64,000 nucleotides of DNA from NCBI GenBank assembly GCA_039096225.1, contig JBBPEB010000021.1:868001-932000 (forward strand). Reading direction: 5' to 3'. The stretch's first letter is position 1. Every line of letters starts with the position of its first letter. The notes below the pieces were generated by a model. The model did not search any database and was not told the DNA's origin. It saw only the letters and a list, made by a program, of their open reading frames with translations. The translations under genes were made by a program, and so were the position numbers. Positions 1 to 22,715 of the stretch are shown in pieces. The DNA comes from Blastocystis sp. Blastoise (Eukaryota > Protista > Bigyra: Opalinata).

Positions 1-184
1 GATAATTCTAATGTATATTTATATATCATGAATTCTATATTATTTTATATATTTCATGATATGCTATTCTTTAATAATATATACTATTCTATAGATTTCA
101 TTAAATAACTTTGAAGAAGAAATTCATACGATTCTGGAAGTTACGAATTGTGTTCGAGATCTAATTGATCTTATTAGTGAATAA
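1..184 (+). CDS. 3' end of an unidentified spliced gene (partial)
   Basis: Intron ending tatag at 94, then terminal exon 95-184 ISLNNFEEEIHTILEVTNCVRDLIDLISE-TAA. Confidence 0.5.
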
Positions 185-752
185 ATGAAATAGATATGTG
201 TTCCATTATATTCTTATTACTTACTTATTCTATTTTAGTAATAGAATAATTATACATAGATATTAAATATATGCATGTGTAAATATATCTGTAATGATTA
301 TAAAAAGAATTCTTAATAATTTTATGTGTTTCTCTCTGTATAATAATAAAAATGTAAAAGTATTATTTTTATGAAGTTAGTTGTGTTATAAATAAATAAT
401 GAAAGTATTAAAAAATATTCATGATTAATTAGTATATATATAATATAACAAAGCAATAATTATTATGATATAGAGAAAATAGTCTATAATTCAACTCAGA
501 AAAGAAAGATGGTGATTATGTTAGAGAAAAAAGTATATAAAGATCACCACAACACGTATGTATGGTACTATTACTATTATTTGTCTTTAATAGTATACAG
601 CTATGATTTACACATTAATAGATACTTATATTAACAATTAAAAAAACAAATAAATATTTTGGATAAAGAAGACATGACAAATATAGAGATATATTATTAT
701 AATTAAATAGATTTATGGAAAATTTATATCAAAGACTCATATGTTATATATA

Positions 753-855
753 TTAAAATAATCCAGTAAAATCAATATCGGATTTATTATTCTTTTTAGG
801 AGCAGGTTTTGGAGCAGGAGAAGTAGGTTTTAAAGGCGTAGCTAGAGAATATATA

Positions 856-899
<44 letters not shown>

Positions 900-1700
900 C
901 TTTATTATTATTATTATTATTATGTTTATTATTATTATTATCTTTATTATTATTCATTATAATCTATAATATATAATAAAATATATAGAGAAATTGACAT
1001 CGAAAAGATCGTCTGGTGTAGGAGTAGATTTAGAGGGAGAAGTTGGAGGCTATGGGAATATCATTATAAATATAATATACATAATAATAATAAACAAAAT
1101 AAACAATGAATAATATAATAAAAAAAAGAATAATAAAATAAACATAATAAAATAAACAATGAATAATATAATAAAAAAAATAATAATAATAATAAAAAAA
1201 CATAATAAAATAAACATAATATATACCATAGAATCAAATATATCATCAACAGGATTAGGGACTTGTTGAGGTTGAGGAGATAATTTTGGAGAAATAACTT
1301 TTTTAGGAACAGTTTTTGTGACTGGTTTAGGAGAAGGTTTTGTGACTGGTTTAGAAATAGTTTTTGGAGAAGATTTTGTAGTAGGTGTAATTTTTGGACT
1401 TGTAACACGATTCATAGGAATCTTCATATTGGCTATAGCAATACGACCTACTTTAGCAACAATAGTACCATCGAAGGTAGGTACGATTTCGTTGGGATCA
1501 TTGACATCTAACCATACATAAGTCTTCTTGAATACTTTCTTGAAACGGAAGTAATAGGTTCCTGGAATAGGGAAAGAATTTTGAATGTCACCTAATGTAA
1601 CTGATTCTACTTTTTTATTTAAAGTATAAACATTAGGATGCTCAACATCATCACCATCTTCAGGAATGAAATATTCAATTAAAGCTTTAGGAGATGACAT
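753..1700 (-). CDS. DIX-domain-like protein with Pro/Lys/Thr-rich tail (about 3 exons)
   Basis: N-terminal YFIPEDGD...VTLGDIQNSFP.PGTYYFRFK...VWLDV...VPTFDGTIVAKV matches a DIX/ubiquitin-like fold; later exons ~985-1049 and 753-841 end DIDFTGLF-TAA. Confidence 0.75.
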
Positions 1701-2367
1701 TATGGAAGAGATAAAAACAATAAAATTCTATTACTAAAAAAAAAACAAAGAAAACAAAAAGGATTTCTTTTTTGTATTTCGATTTTTTTTCTCGAAATTG
1801 TAAGTGTATTGTTTAATTGTCTGTAATTTTTTATTTTTTCATAATTATCCATATGAAAGGACTAAAATTTCTGGAAAAAACAAATTAAGAATGATGATTG
1901 CAACTGTTTTTCAAGAATGGATTCATTTGATGATTCACGGTAAACTCTCTCTCTTCACAGTCAAAATCATTTTCTCCTAAAAATATAATTAAAAATCAAG
2001 TTTTAGAAAAACGAAAAGATGTACAGAAATGGAATTGAAAGATAATATTCGTTATTTAAGCACAAAGTTAATTAAATCGATATGACAGTTGTGAAATATA
2101 TATTTGTATTGATTGTATATGTGTAAAGTGTAACAAAAATTAAGTAATAAAGTAATTACATAATGAATAGTGTTCATTATGAGATTTAAACTATGAATTA
2201 GTTATGGAAATAATATTTAGGTTTAATTTAGATGCAAATATACTAAAAGAAAACATATTCTTTATGAGAATTAATCAAATTTTGAATATTTTGAAAAGAT
2301 TTATGATTCTTAGATATATTTAGAATGTATAACATAAAGAGTATACGATATTTAATTGCGAATATAC

Positions 2368-3120
2368 TTATTCAGTGACATCACAACTGAGAATACCTTG
2401 AATAGTAGCCTAATGGATAAGAAGATATAAGTATTATATGAACAAAATAATAGAAGTCATACTAATATTCTTCTGGAACCAGCATAATCTCTATGTTCAC
2501 ATAAATAGATACCCTAAAAAAAAAATGAATCAATAAGAACATTTAAAAATAGTAAAATACCTGCCAAGTACCGAAACCTAGTTTTCCATTACGAACTATA
2601 TATAAATATATGATTATCAAAGATGACTTGAATGAAATACGAATCTAAATATACTTGGAATATTTAATGAACAACCTAATAAAGAGTTTTTTCCATGAGC
2701 AGGCATATCATCTAAACCCTCGTCAGTATGCATATATAATGATTCATTCTAAGAATAGATAATTTCACAAATATATGAAGATTAAGAAATTAGAAATGTT
2801 TTAAATGAATGTGAATCGTATATACTTCAGGGACAAGTCTATCTAAAATTGTATTCAAATCAGCACGTACATCAGGATCACAATTCTCGTTAATAGAGAG
2901 AGATGCAGATGTATGTTGAATGAATAAATTAAGCATTCCAACGTTTACATTTCGGATTTGAGGTAATTGTTTTATTATATCATTAGTTATAAGATGACAA
3001 CCTTTAGACTTTGCACTTATCTAGATTTATCATAAATTGACTTGAAGAAACTTGAGAAATAATCTAATGTACTTTCAATTCTTTTTGAAACCATGAGTTT
3101 GATCCCTTTATAAATGACAT
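2368..3120 (-). CDS. YjbQ/UPF0047 family protein (multi-exon)
   Basis: Spliced translation gives [50 protein letters not shown], which are UPF0047 motifs. Confidence 0.92.
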
Positions 3121-3762
3121 GGTTTGACTGATACTTGGATTTAATAGATTAATAAAGAAAAAATATTTTTTTCAATAAATAAATATAAAAAAAATTTTGT
3201 TTTTGTTTTTGTGTATCAATTGATTAATATAATATTGTGTGATGTAATAAAGATATAAATAACAAAGCAACATTTGAAAGTGAATTGACCTGATATAGTT
3301 ATATAGGACCAAAAGAAAGAAAAGAAAGAATCAAAATAAAGAAAATGGTATAGAACTGTTTTGACAATATATATATTATATATCATTAAAAAATAATAAT
3401 AAAAATAAAAATTAAAAAAAAAAAAGTAAAAATAAAAGAAATGCCAAAAACATAGTAAATATTCTATATTTAAAACAAAAAATAAAACACTGGTAAATAT
3501 ATATATTGCTAGTTATCTATATAAAGATAATATATTCATATATAATCTAAAAAAAGAATTCATCATCAATATCTATATATAAATACAAAAAAAGAGAGAT
3601 AATAAATAAAAATAAAGAAAAACAAAAGAATAATCTTTTCATATAAAATATATAAACAGATTTTTGAAATAAGGAAAAATGAATAGAAAAAAAATTAGAA
3701 AAATTAGAAAAATTAGAAAAATTAAAAAAAATTGTTTTGTGTAATAAATAGTCAGGTATTCA

Positions 3763-7316
<3,554 letters not shown>

Positions 7317-8196
7317 TTCTATTTCGACAAAAGAATGCAATAAAGTGTTCGAAGATCAGATATTTAAGATTAAGTAAAAATACTCAATAAGACTTTAAAA
7401 AAATAACAGTATAAACACTTTACAAAAAATAAAAAACCATGTATGAAAAAACATTGAAATGAGTCAAAAAATGGCTGAAGAATCTGCGTCGTCGCTTTTT
7501 GTCCCTTTTTATTTGAACAAATTCATAATCCTCATCAAACGAATACCGTGGTTATGATGCAAGAACATCGGAAATATCCATTTATTTCTACGGTTTTGAA
7601 TCATTGACGGATCACTCGTGTGTTTTCTATACTTCTCTTTTTTAAAAGGATTTCCAGTTTTTTGTAGGATGATACTGTTGTATAGCACTTATTTATATTT
7701 AATTATGTCATGCGTGCATGAAACTCATAGTAGAAACATAGTGAAATCAAAATGAAAGGGATGGTAACTTCAAATGTTTCTCCTTTTTAAAAGAGTTTTG
7801 CATTTTCTTTAAGTTTTTCATTATGCTTGAATAAGATATAGTCATAGAGAATCTTGTATATGCATGAAAAAGATTTATAATATTTTTCATGTCACATTTA
7901 TCAAGATTACTTCGTTATAAAAAGATAATAATCAGAATTTAGAAATATATATAGGTCTGTAAAATGTATAGAAAGCATAACTTGATATATACATAACAAT
8001 ACAAGTGAAAATATATATCTAAAAAATAAAATGTGAATGAGACCCCATATAATACCAAAAATTTCGAGTGGATATGAATATATATATGATAATAGAAAAA
8101 TAAAAAAAATCAATATAAAAAAATGTCTAAAAAAAACCAATATTAAAAACAAATGAATAAAAAGAGTATAAGAAATACATTGATTTCATATCACTT

Positions 8197-8696
8197 TTAT
8201 AAATCTTTTGTTTTTAATTTTGTTGAGTAGTTTCTTTATTATTTTCTTTATTCTTTTTATGAATCTCCATAGTTGGCGGAGGTGGTATGTCTTTAATATC
8301 AAATTGAGTTTCTATTTTTTCGACTTGTTCAATAGGTATATTTAATAGTTTCTTTATAGGGGTAGTACGTAATATACCATCAGTAACTGTTTGATATAAG
8401 GATGTAGTTGCTAAGAGTAAAGCAAATGCCTAGAAGAATTGGAGGGAAATATAATAGATGTATATATATATATATTGATTAGATATAAACTATTATTAGA
8501 TATATATATATATATATAATTATATATATGTACGGAGGAGAATCTAACAGTGATAAGAGTAGATACGAGGATCATAGCACGTGACATATTCTTCATATTG
8601 GATCCAGGTTTACTTGCCATATTCTATATATAATATATATATATTAAAAGTTATAAATAAATTTATGATAACAGAATAATAATTATAAAAATATCA

Positions 8697-8755
<59 letters not shown>

Positions 8756-9227
8756 CTGTAGATAGATATAAGATAAGATTAGCTACAATAGGTATAACAT
8801 AATAAGGATCCGGAATAGTCAAATTAGGGAACCATAAGCAACCCCCGGTTACTATATAGTATAATAAGTATAATAATAAGTATAATAAATACAATAATAA
8901 ATATAATAATAATAAAGTGATTCTTCTTATTCAATAAGAATAACATAATAATAGATATTTATTTTAAACAAAAATAATTTTAAAAAGTGATTCAAAATGT
9001 AATACTAATAGTTTATATAAATATACAATTAAAAAAACGACAATATATTATTAAATATAAAAATGAATACTGAAATAAATATATATAAAGTATATATATA
9101 TATACTAAGAGAAGCATCAGTTTTAACAAGTTTTTCAAGTCCCCAGAAAAGACATAAAATCACGGGAAGTTGAACAAACGCACTTCCCGCCATTGCCATC
9201 GGACTTACACCATATTCTTTATATAAG

Positions 9228-9264
<37 letters not shown>

Positions 9265-10143
9265 TATTTAAAACTATAATTTATTTAGTTATTTAATAGT
9301 ATATAATATAATAGTATAGTATAGTATAAAATATAATATAATATAATATAATAAATAGAATATAATATAAAATATATATATATACTCTTGTTTCTAATTG
9401 ATAAGGAGTCATGTCTTTTTCTCCATTTAAAGCAGCGATCTTCATTTTATCCATAAGTTTATCGAGCTCAGGTTGCATCTTTGTCATTTTACCTTGAGAT
9501 TTCATCGATTTTATTTGTAAGGGTAATAAGCATAAACGAATACCAAATGTAACTATATATATACAATCATCACAATATAAGAAGTTTTATATAAAATTTA
9601 ATAAAAATGAAACTAATAGTATATTTAAAAAAAATATTAATATTTTTTTAAAAATATTAATCATAATAATAATTATGACTATATATATTTCTATATATAT
9701 ACATGCCATAATACTACCCCACCAAGGTAATCCCCAACCATGAAAAGTAGAAAAACCAGAAACTGCCCACATCACAGGAGATACTATATTAATTTTATAA
9801 TAAAATGGATTCATATAAATAGTATATTTATTTAAAAAAATGAATAAAAAACTATAATTTAAATGAATAACATACAACTAAAAGCAGCTACTAAATATTT
9901 CTTATCACTACCCATGTCTTGAAATGCTGTCTTAGCAAGAGTCCATTGTGCTTTTAAACTGGCCATATTTTTTTGGAATGATGTATATTGTTTCTCATTT
10001 TTTACAACTTCTGTAGAAAATAAGCATCTGTTGTATGTTGCACTTAATGGACTGATAATATTTCTCTTCAATATCACCTTGGAAAGTGGGACTAGAGAGC
10101 GACCTCCAACTACAGAGGAAATACGAAGACTAGCGACTTGCAT
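8197..10143 (-). CDS. OXA1: Mitochondrial inner-membrane insertase Oxa1/YidC family (multi-exon)
   Basis: GLPWWGSIMA, TFGIRLCLLPLQIKS, MTKMQPEL, FVQLPVILCLFWGL, GGCLWFPNLTIPDPYYVIP; Arg/Ser-rich N-terminal presequence. Confidence 0.88.
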
Positions 10144-10343
10144 TTGGAAAAGAAGATAAACAAGATAAGAATAGAGAACAATTCTTTTGTTTTTCAGACA
10201 ATCATGAAACAAATCACAAAATTACTTATAAATAATGTATTTCCCTAGAATAAAAAATAATCAATGAGTATAAAAAATTGCAAAAAGTGTTGTGATTGTT
10301 GTTCATTCCTTTTCTCTTTAATTTTAAATTCTTTTGAGAAATA

Positions 10344-11129
10344 ATGTTTTGTTTAAAGTCCTTATCACGAACTTCTGCAGTTTCTTCACCTGTGTTTGCT
10401 AAGTATGTAATTCATACTTTGAATTACCTTCTTTACTCTCTATAGTTTTGTGAGAACTAGTTACTTGAAGACAGTATATCACTTTATTTATAACTTTTAT
10501 TTATATTCTTATTTTGTAGAAAAAACTTCCTTGTACCTTAGCAAATGTTAAACAAATTGATCTTTCTTATGGTGGTTTATCTCAAGGAACTACAGGTCTT
10601 ATGTATTTAAATATTATTTATTTATTTTAACGCATTTATTGAATATAATTTTCTTTTTTTTTTAGAGAATTTTATTATCAAGCAAACGGAAAGAAGGTAT
10701 GTGAAATTGTTGCTTTTATGAGATTTCATGAATATATAATTTTACTTTGTTTATCTTATTCTCTTCGGTAATTACTAATGTTTTTTTCTATTTAGATCAA
10801 AGCAACCAACCCTGAAGCAAAATTCAATGTTCATTTTGATAATAGAGTTGTTACTCCTACGTGTACTGTCACTTATAGTATATATAAACATTATTTTAAT
10901 AATTTATACTGTTTTTTTATATTATTCATATTTTTCTTTTTTTTTAAATATATGAAAAGTTTTTCATACATATATATATATAGAAAATGGAGATATTTTA
11001 GATTTAGAACCAATGGGAAAATCAGTAAATCAAATATATGATTTATTAAAGAATCAAGAAAAGAAAGTATATATATATATATTATTATACAATAATAATT
11101 ATTATTCTATTTATATTTAGTTTTTCATC

Positions 11130-11164
<35 letters not shown>

Positions 11165-11418
11165 TATACTATAATTGTTATTTTTAGATGTTTATGGAAG
11201 TGAATAAGCCTGCGATGGAAGCCTATAAAAAGAAGCATTTATCTGAAGTTCTAGAAGGAGTTCAATTCTGGACAAATAAACATGAACAAATGATACAAGA
11301 AATAAATCAAAATGAAAAAATAGAAAAGAAAGCTCCAAAAATTAATAAACGTAAAGAATATAATCGTATAAGAATTCAAAAATTAGAACAAAAACAAATC
11401 GCAAATCAACAAGCTTAA
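10344..11418 (+). CDS. Small mitochondrial protein, probably mL53-like mitoribosomal protein (multi-exon)
   Basis: Presequence-like MFCLKSLSRTSAVSSPVF, then VKQIDLSY...EFYYQANGKKIKATNPEAKFNVHFD...PTCTVTY.NGDIL; divergent from OXA1. Confidence 0.55.
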
Positions 11419-11880
11419 GAAAATTACTACTACTATTTGTATATTGATTTTCTCATATTTTCTATTTTCTTTTTAATGTATTTATTATCTACTTTATTTT
11501 TTATTGTTGGGATATAGTATTTTCTTTTTCTATTTTGTATATAAATTATTTTTTTAAACTCATTATTATTTGATTTATTCGTTTCACATTATTTTTATGC
11601 AGCTACATTATCTAAACGTTATTTTGATTGCTAATTCAAATTATAGTTATCAAATATACATATTTGAGAATAAATAACAAGAATAAAATAAAGAATTTTC
11701 CTAGACCAACTTTGTTTATATCAAAAAGACTAGTATTTTTAAAAATCCCACAAAAATATATATATTATTATTATTTACATTGATTATCAGTTTTTTAATT
11801 GTATACTCATTACAACATAATTTTAAATCACACATTCTATAGATTGATCTTATAGATTTTGCTTTTAGAGCACAATTAGC

Positions 11881-15868
<3,988 letters not shown>

Positions 15869-16993
15869 ATAAATAATATTATCATTTATAAGAATTAATC
15901 CATAATTTCTTTTTTTTACTGTTTGAATTCAGTATGTTAAGTATTGCTGAAAGCGTCAGAAAGTTTTGTCATGATTTACGCCATAAATATGAACATATCC
16001 TCAAATTTTAATTTATAATAGTTTATTGTTAATAGTATATCCCTATTCCTATATATCTAGTAAAAAAGAACCATTAAAAATATTATTTTTTTTTTTATAT
16101 AATAGTACTCACCATTATTGGTTTCAATTATATCTATTGATATATTGTTTGTTTATACCAATACTCTTCAAGATTTTTTATATGCTAATACTAAGTGATA
16201 TTAATATAAGATTATTGTTTTATTTATCTGCATATAATACTAATACTATAAATGCAAAATACTCCCAATTCTTATAAGCAACAATATATTTATACTTTTA
16301 TACATTAATTATATATTTTCATATATAATTTATTTCTGACTTTTAAATCATCAAATAGTTATTATAAATAAGTAAAACGAAACAATATTTTTTTTCAAAT
16401 ATAATACAGTTATTTCTTTTTTAAAAAGCTGAACACATATATCATAAAAACGCGCACAGAAAAACGATAATTAATGAAATTATTCAGTATATATATAAAT
16501 ATTCGTGAAATAGATGATATTCAACAAGAAATAGTAGCAAAAATAATATTATTATGTATATTTATGTAGAATAATAGTAATACAAAAAATGTGCAAAAAA
16601 TATGAAATTTGGTATATATACATGAGAAAAACATAATAATGTCATATGCAGCAAATAATCAATAATTATATATATATAAAGAGAGTATTATAAATAGTTT
16701 ACAATAATATCTACAAATAGATTTAATTATAATTAATTATTAATTATAATAAAATATAGATAACATAGTTAATTATAAAGAAAAATATAAGTCAATAATA
16801 ATAAAAACATAATAATAGAGAAGAAAATATATATCAATAATAATAAAAATAATTTAATAATAGAGAAGAAAACAATTATTAGTAATAAGTATATAAACAA
16901 AAAAAGAAAAATATATAATATACAAAAGAATAATTATATATTATCATTTTGTAAATAAGAATATATTGAATAAAATATAAAACAATTTATTCA

Positions 16994-17662
16994 TTACATA
17001 CTTTTGAAATGATGTAATTGAGTTAGAATATCAGAGTTCTCAAAAATAAGAATAGTTTTGATTTGTTCTTTCATTAATGAAATATTAATATGAGTATCTA
17101 AAGAATCAGAATTAATCTCAATTTGTTCAGGGAAAACAATATAGAATGAGAAACTAAGTAATTTACTTAATGTATTTGAAGTAGTATCTACTAATTGTAA
17201 TTGTTTTAGAGGAAGATCAATAGAAGCAATAATAGATTTATATAGAATAACAGTCTTTTCAGGATCAATGTAAGAGTTTTCAACTTTATCGATAGTTATT
17301 CCAAGAATATATATATTAGTATTCGAAGTTTCAAAAGACTTTATGGGCAATGAAGTATATTTTAATTGATATTGTTTACAGAAATATGAATCAGAATGAT
17401 AAGTATTTGCAGGAATAAGTTGATGTCCTTCATCAAGATGTTGACAGCCACCTTCAGAATCATATAAATAGCATTTTCTATCATCTAGTGAAGAAGAAGA
17501 TTCTTGAATAGTTGATGTTGAAGCAGCTATATTCTTAATATATAATTTTTGTTTATAAGTAGCAGAATCATATATCTCTGTATTTGTACCAAAATATACT
17601 TGAAGAGGGAGAGTATGACATGTCTAAATAATAGTTATAAATATAGTAATAATTATTATTAT

Positions 17663-17693
<31 letters not shown>

Positions 17694-20600
17694 CATCTAA
17701 ATCATAATTAGCAGCAATTTTTAGATCTGTTAATTCAAAAGGATAGGTTTGAATAAATGTTCTTGCATATGGAATAAGTAAATCTGTTATATCATTAGGA
17801 CATGTATTTAATTTAAATGAATAATCAACAAGTTGTAATCCTTTTCCAGATTCAGTAGAAGGTCTAGGATCTATAGAATATAAAATAAATATAAAATTAA
17901 ATAATAAAAGAATTATATACAGCAATTTTCTTTATTAACTTCATTTGACCAAGTAGGTATTCCTGATATATAATCACATGAAACATAATAATAACCAAAT
18001 TGATCATCATTTGAACACTTTATAGCTGCTTTTCTACCTACTTTTGTTTCTGGGAATGTTACGAATCCATTACTCTTAGCAGGACAAACAATATTATTAG
18101 ATAAACATTTGCCATTATAGAAGTATTTATCATCTCCACAAGGAGTACATAAATAATTATTTCCATTAAGAGAACTAATAATACCATTTTCACATTCTAT
18201 GCATTCAGTACCACTAAGATAAGTAGTACCAGTACAAAGAATATCAGAAGTAAGTTTACATCCATTCTTATTTGATTCTTCCCATAGATAATTAGAGTTA
18301 CAATATCGTGTTATACTACCTGTATATCCAATAGGACAAGATATACTAGCAGTTTCACCTGAATTCGTTTGAGGCCAAACGCCATCAGCTTTACAAAAAG
18401 GTTCTTTAACTGTTATAGATATATCATATGTTTCAGTAGAATCATTATTATTTACATAAGATAGAGTATATGTAGTTGTATCAGACAAAGTAGTAACAAT
18501 ACCTGAGACTTTTTGATTAATAATATCTAATGTTAATCCAACAGGAAGCTCAGGAGTAACAATAATATCAGTATCAACAGCATCTAGTGTATAATATTGT
18601 TCATATTCTTGGTTTTGAATCATTATCATATTAGGTTCTTTAAAGAAGATTTCCGAAGGTTTATTCTTTATACAAGTTTCATCACCTTGAATATTACCTA
18701 AAGATCCAGACGAACATGATCTTGCAGCATCACTATAATATCCTTTAGGACAACTCTTATACGACATTTTGTTATTTATTGCTTGTAACCAATTATTATC
18801 ATTGGTACATTTTGAATTTGTTGAGTATGATAATCCAAAGTATTGCAATTCTGCCTTATTTCCTCCATTTGTATCACTACCTCCACACTCTGTTACACGA
18901 ATACGATACTTATTATAGCTTTTTCCGTTGGTAAACGATTTATTAATAGAATAGTTATTAGAATCTAACCCTGATTGTAAATCTAGTTGAGTCCATGTAA
19001 TTCCATCATTAGATGCTTCAATTACAAATGATGTAGGAATATAAGAAGGATTTACAGAGTCTCCTCCATGTATAGCATATGAGTTCATAACTACTGCTTC
19101 ATCGTTTTCATATTCATATGTGAATGTTGTACCTACACAATCACGATTAACAATTGCAGAATTAGAATCATCTACAATTAAATTTGTTAAAGGATAACTT
19201 GGATCTTCTTGACCATTCGAACTTATTTGAAATTTAGGTGTTAAAAAATATATTTCGTTATCAAAAGAAGCACTGAACAAAAAGCCAGTAGAAGGTTGAT
19301 AAATCGTATTATATTTATGAATTTCAATTGCAATAATATTATCTCCATAAACAAGAATACCTTGATTTGAATAAAGCTCAACATAAGTCTTAAACTGTTT
19401 ATAAGTTTGATATTCAGAATTAGCTAACGTATTATATTCAATAATATCATCATTATTCATATTTATTCTTCTCACTTCAACTCCATTCATATATATTACC
19501 ATACCAGCATATGTGGAAGTAGTTATTCGTAATAAATCTTGCATATTAGTTTTTTCATCTATATTTAAATGAAATCTATAATATTGAGTAATACTATCTT
19601 CAGGTATATCTGGAAGAGAAGCTATAGAAGAAGCAGCAGACCATATATTATCGTTAAATAGTCTTGTAGTCCAATGTTTAGGAGGATTTATATTATCATA
19701 TGAATATGAAATTGGTAAAATAGAATCAGATACTGGAACTAAATATATATCAAAAGTAGTAGAACCAGAAATGAATTCATTATAGAGCTCTTTGTTCATA
19801 TAAGCATATGACTTTTTTTCAGAAGTAGAACTATCAGTTAGAGTCACTTTATAAGTTCCAGATGTTAAACATATATTATTTTCAATAGTTGATATTGGGT
19901 TTGTATAATACTTCTCATATACATTTATTTCTGTAATAGAGTTTTTAATAACTACACTAACTTGTGATATACTATCAGAATTAGTTTGTATCCTAAGAAG
20001 TGTTTTAGGGAAGCTACACGATTCAACGTGAATAGTAAATACATATGTATAAGCCTTACCATATATAGTTGTAGCATATATCGTATAAACATAATCACCT
20101 GTAGCTTTGGGAGTTACTCCTTTTATTGAAAATGTAGTATCATCAAAATATAATCCATCAGGAAGAGAAGGAATAATAGAATAATCATGATAATATTCAT
20201 AATTACTAAATACTATATTAATTGTTGTGTCATCATAAGTATTATAAGGATTAGACGGAGGAGTTAAAGGAAGTAATGGTTGAGATGTAACAGAATCTGC
20301 AAATAATTCTATTTCTCCCATAGTATAATGTCTATAGCTTGTATCAACTGGACTATTAACGAAAGTGAATTGTATTTTATTGGTACCTGTAGTTACATCA
20401 GAAAAGGAAAAGCATTCTCGTTCTTGACTAAGATCAGAAAATGCATTAGATACTGTAGAAATAATGTTAGAAGATCCATTGATATCTATCGATTCTACTA
20501 TCCATGTAGAAGCAAGGTATTGAATGTCATCAGAACGAGTGATACAGTATCTAGTGAAATATTTATATCCATCGCTTAGGCTTAAAACTATTGCAGGACT

Positions 20601-21775
20601 ATCTGTATTCCTGTAAAATATACTTGTATATGAATCCCTCTTAAGGTCTACAAAATAATCTAATGAACCGCCATCTCCACCTATAAGCATTATACCAAAG
20701 TCACCATAAACAGGAAGATTTTTTTCAACATTCATAATAAGAGAAGCATCAAAGGATATATCAACCGAACGTTGATTATCAAAAAGCATTACAGATATAA
20801 CGATTTCTGCCTGATTATCAAATAGAGTTATTGGGCCAGAAGCAGTTTTTTCAACAATGGTAGATGCATCTGTTGATTGTTCATAATCTGTTTTGTAACC
20901 AATTGTAGCTAATTCATGATCATTTATATAGATTTTAGCATTCGATAATGTCTTTATACTTAATATAAAATAAACTTGATTCTCAATCGAAGGAGTAGGA
21001 ATAGTTTTACGGAATATGAAATATTGATTTGAAGAAGAAGTAGGAGTAATAGTATCACTACCAGTATATGTAGTCCAAGTAGTATCAGTAACAGAAAATC
21101 CATGCCATTGAGTAGGTAAAGAATCATAAACGTTGTATTTCCATTCAGATTTAGTTAACATAGATAAAAAAGTATTAACATAATATATTTCAGTTGGTTC
21201 ACTAATAGTTCTCATTCTACTTACGCTAGTCGAAATGCCACTATTATCATCAATAACATATACTTTTACAAAAGACCTTGTAGGCCACATATTTCCATCT
21301 GTTGATGACAGTTCAAATGACCAAATTCCAGGTGGACCATATAAGTCGTATGTCATACTGTAAGATGAAAATGTTATACTGCTACGAATAGTACCATCTT
21401 CTGATTTTATAAGAACTTTTTGGTTAGATCCACCCATACAATCATATGTTACTTTTACATGTACATCGTTAGTTTCTAGTCTTCTCGATGTCATTTTAGA
21501 TAAAGATATAGATTCAGATGTATTAGTAACCACAGAAGAAAAAATATCTAAATAAAAAATAAATAAAAAAAAATAATAATAATAAAAAATAATAATAATA
21601 AAAAGACATACCAATAGAATTTGTAGTATAAGAAAGAACATCAAAAGAAGAAAGAAGTTCAGGATGATCTTCAATTGTATGTAATTCAATAGCTATTTTT
21701 AATATAGAAACAGTAACAGAGGAACTAAGTAATTCTTTAGGAACGATAATACTATATAAATATATAAATATATAA

Positions 21776-21835
<60 letters not shown>

Positions 21836-22715
21836 TGTTTATAAGTAGGTATATCTTCAATAGATTGAGAAGGAGTATTTTTATTTATAGTAGAGGATCT
21901 ATATATATATATATATAGTATATAAACTAATCAACATAAAAATAATATATTATAATAAATTAAACGTACTCAGGTAATAAATAAGTATACACTTGAATTC
22001 CATTTATATAAACAACAAATCCACTTTGACTTCTAACGGATAATTGAAGAATAGTAAAAGAATCATCAACAGTTATATCCTTTCTAAAATAGGTAGTGAC
22101 ACAAGTAGTTTTTATTTCTTTATTCATATAGTTTTTACCCCATTCTTCAAGTTTACTTTCTTTCCAAGAAGCAGAATCAACCCTTTCCAAATATTTCCAA
22201 TCAGCATTTGAATCAAGAATAGAAGATAAATTAAACTTAATAGTTTTCTTTCTATTATCAGCTTCTTTTAAACTAGATTTAGCAATAATTATTTTATTGT
22301 AAGTCAAACAAACAAATGATCCTTTAGACCAAGCTGTAGAGTCACTATAATATGTGTGTTTAAAATAATATATAGAATAAAACAATACGTTGAAGATAAA
22401 TCTAAATTATAATCTTTCTTTCCGTCGATACAAACTTTATAATTAACCTTAGAACCTTGAGTAGCAACAGATTCATCACGGAAAACATTGTTATTTCTTA
22501 GGAACGATGATTCAGCAGCAGCAATCGCGACCTTTTCACCATCATTATTAGCATATTGACGTTCAATAGTAATTTCATATTCACCAGTAGGGCAAGCTCC
22601 AGCAACTATATAGATAAAAGTAAGACAATAATGATTGAAAAAGAAAATGTGAATTATTGGCAGACATACTAATGAGGCTTATCATAAATACAAATATTTG
22701 CATAAATTTATTCAT
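16994..22715 (-). CDS. Large secreted/surface multidomain protein (galactose-binding/F5-8-like, He_PIG Ig-like and Cys-rich HRM-like modules)
   Basis: Signal peptide MNKFMQIFVFMISLI; PSLPDGLYFD and PELPVGLTLD (He_PIG); FVIEASNDGITWTQLD (F5/8); CKADGVWPQTNSGETASISCPIGYTGSITRYC (HRM-like); one ~3.6-kb exon. Confidence 0.8.
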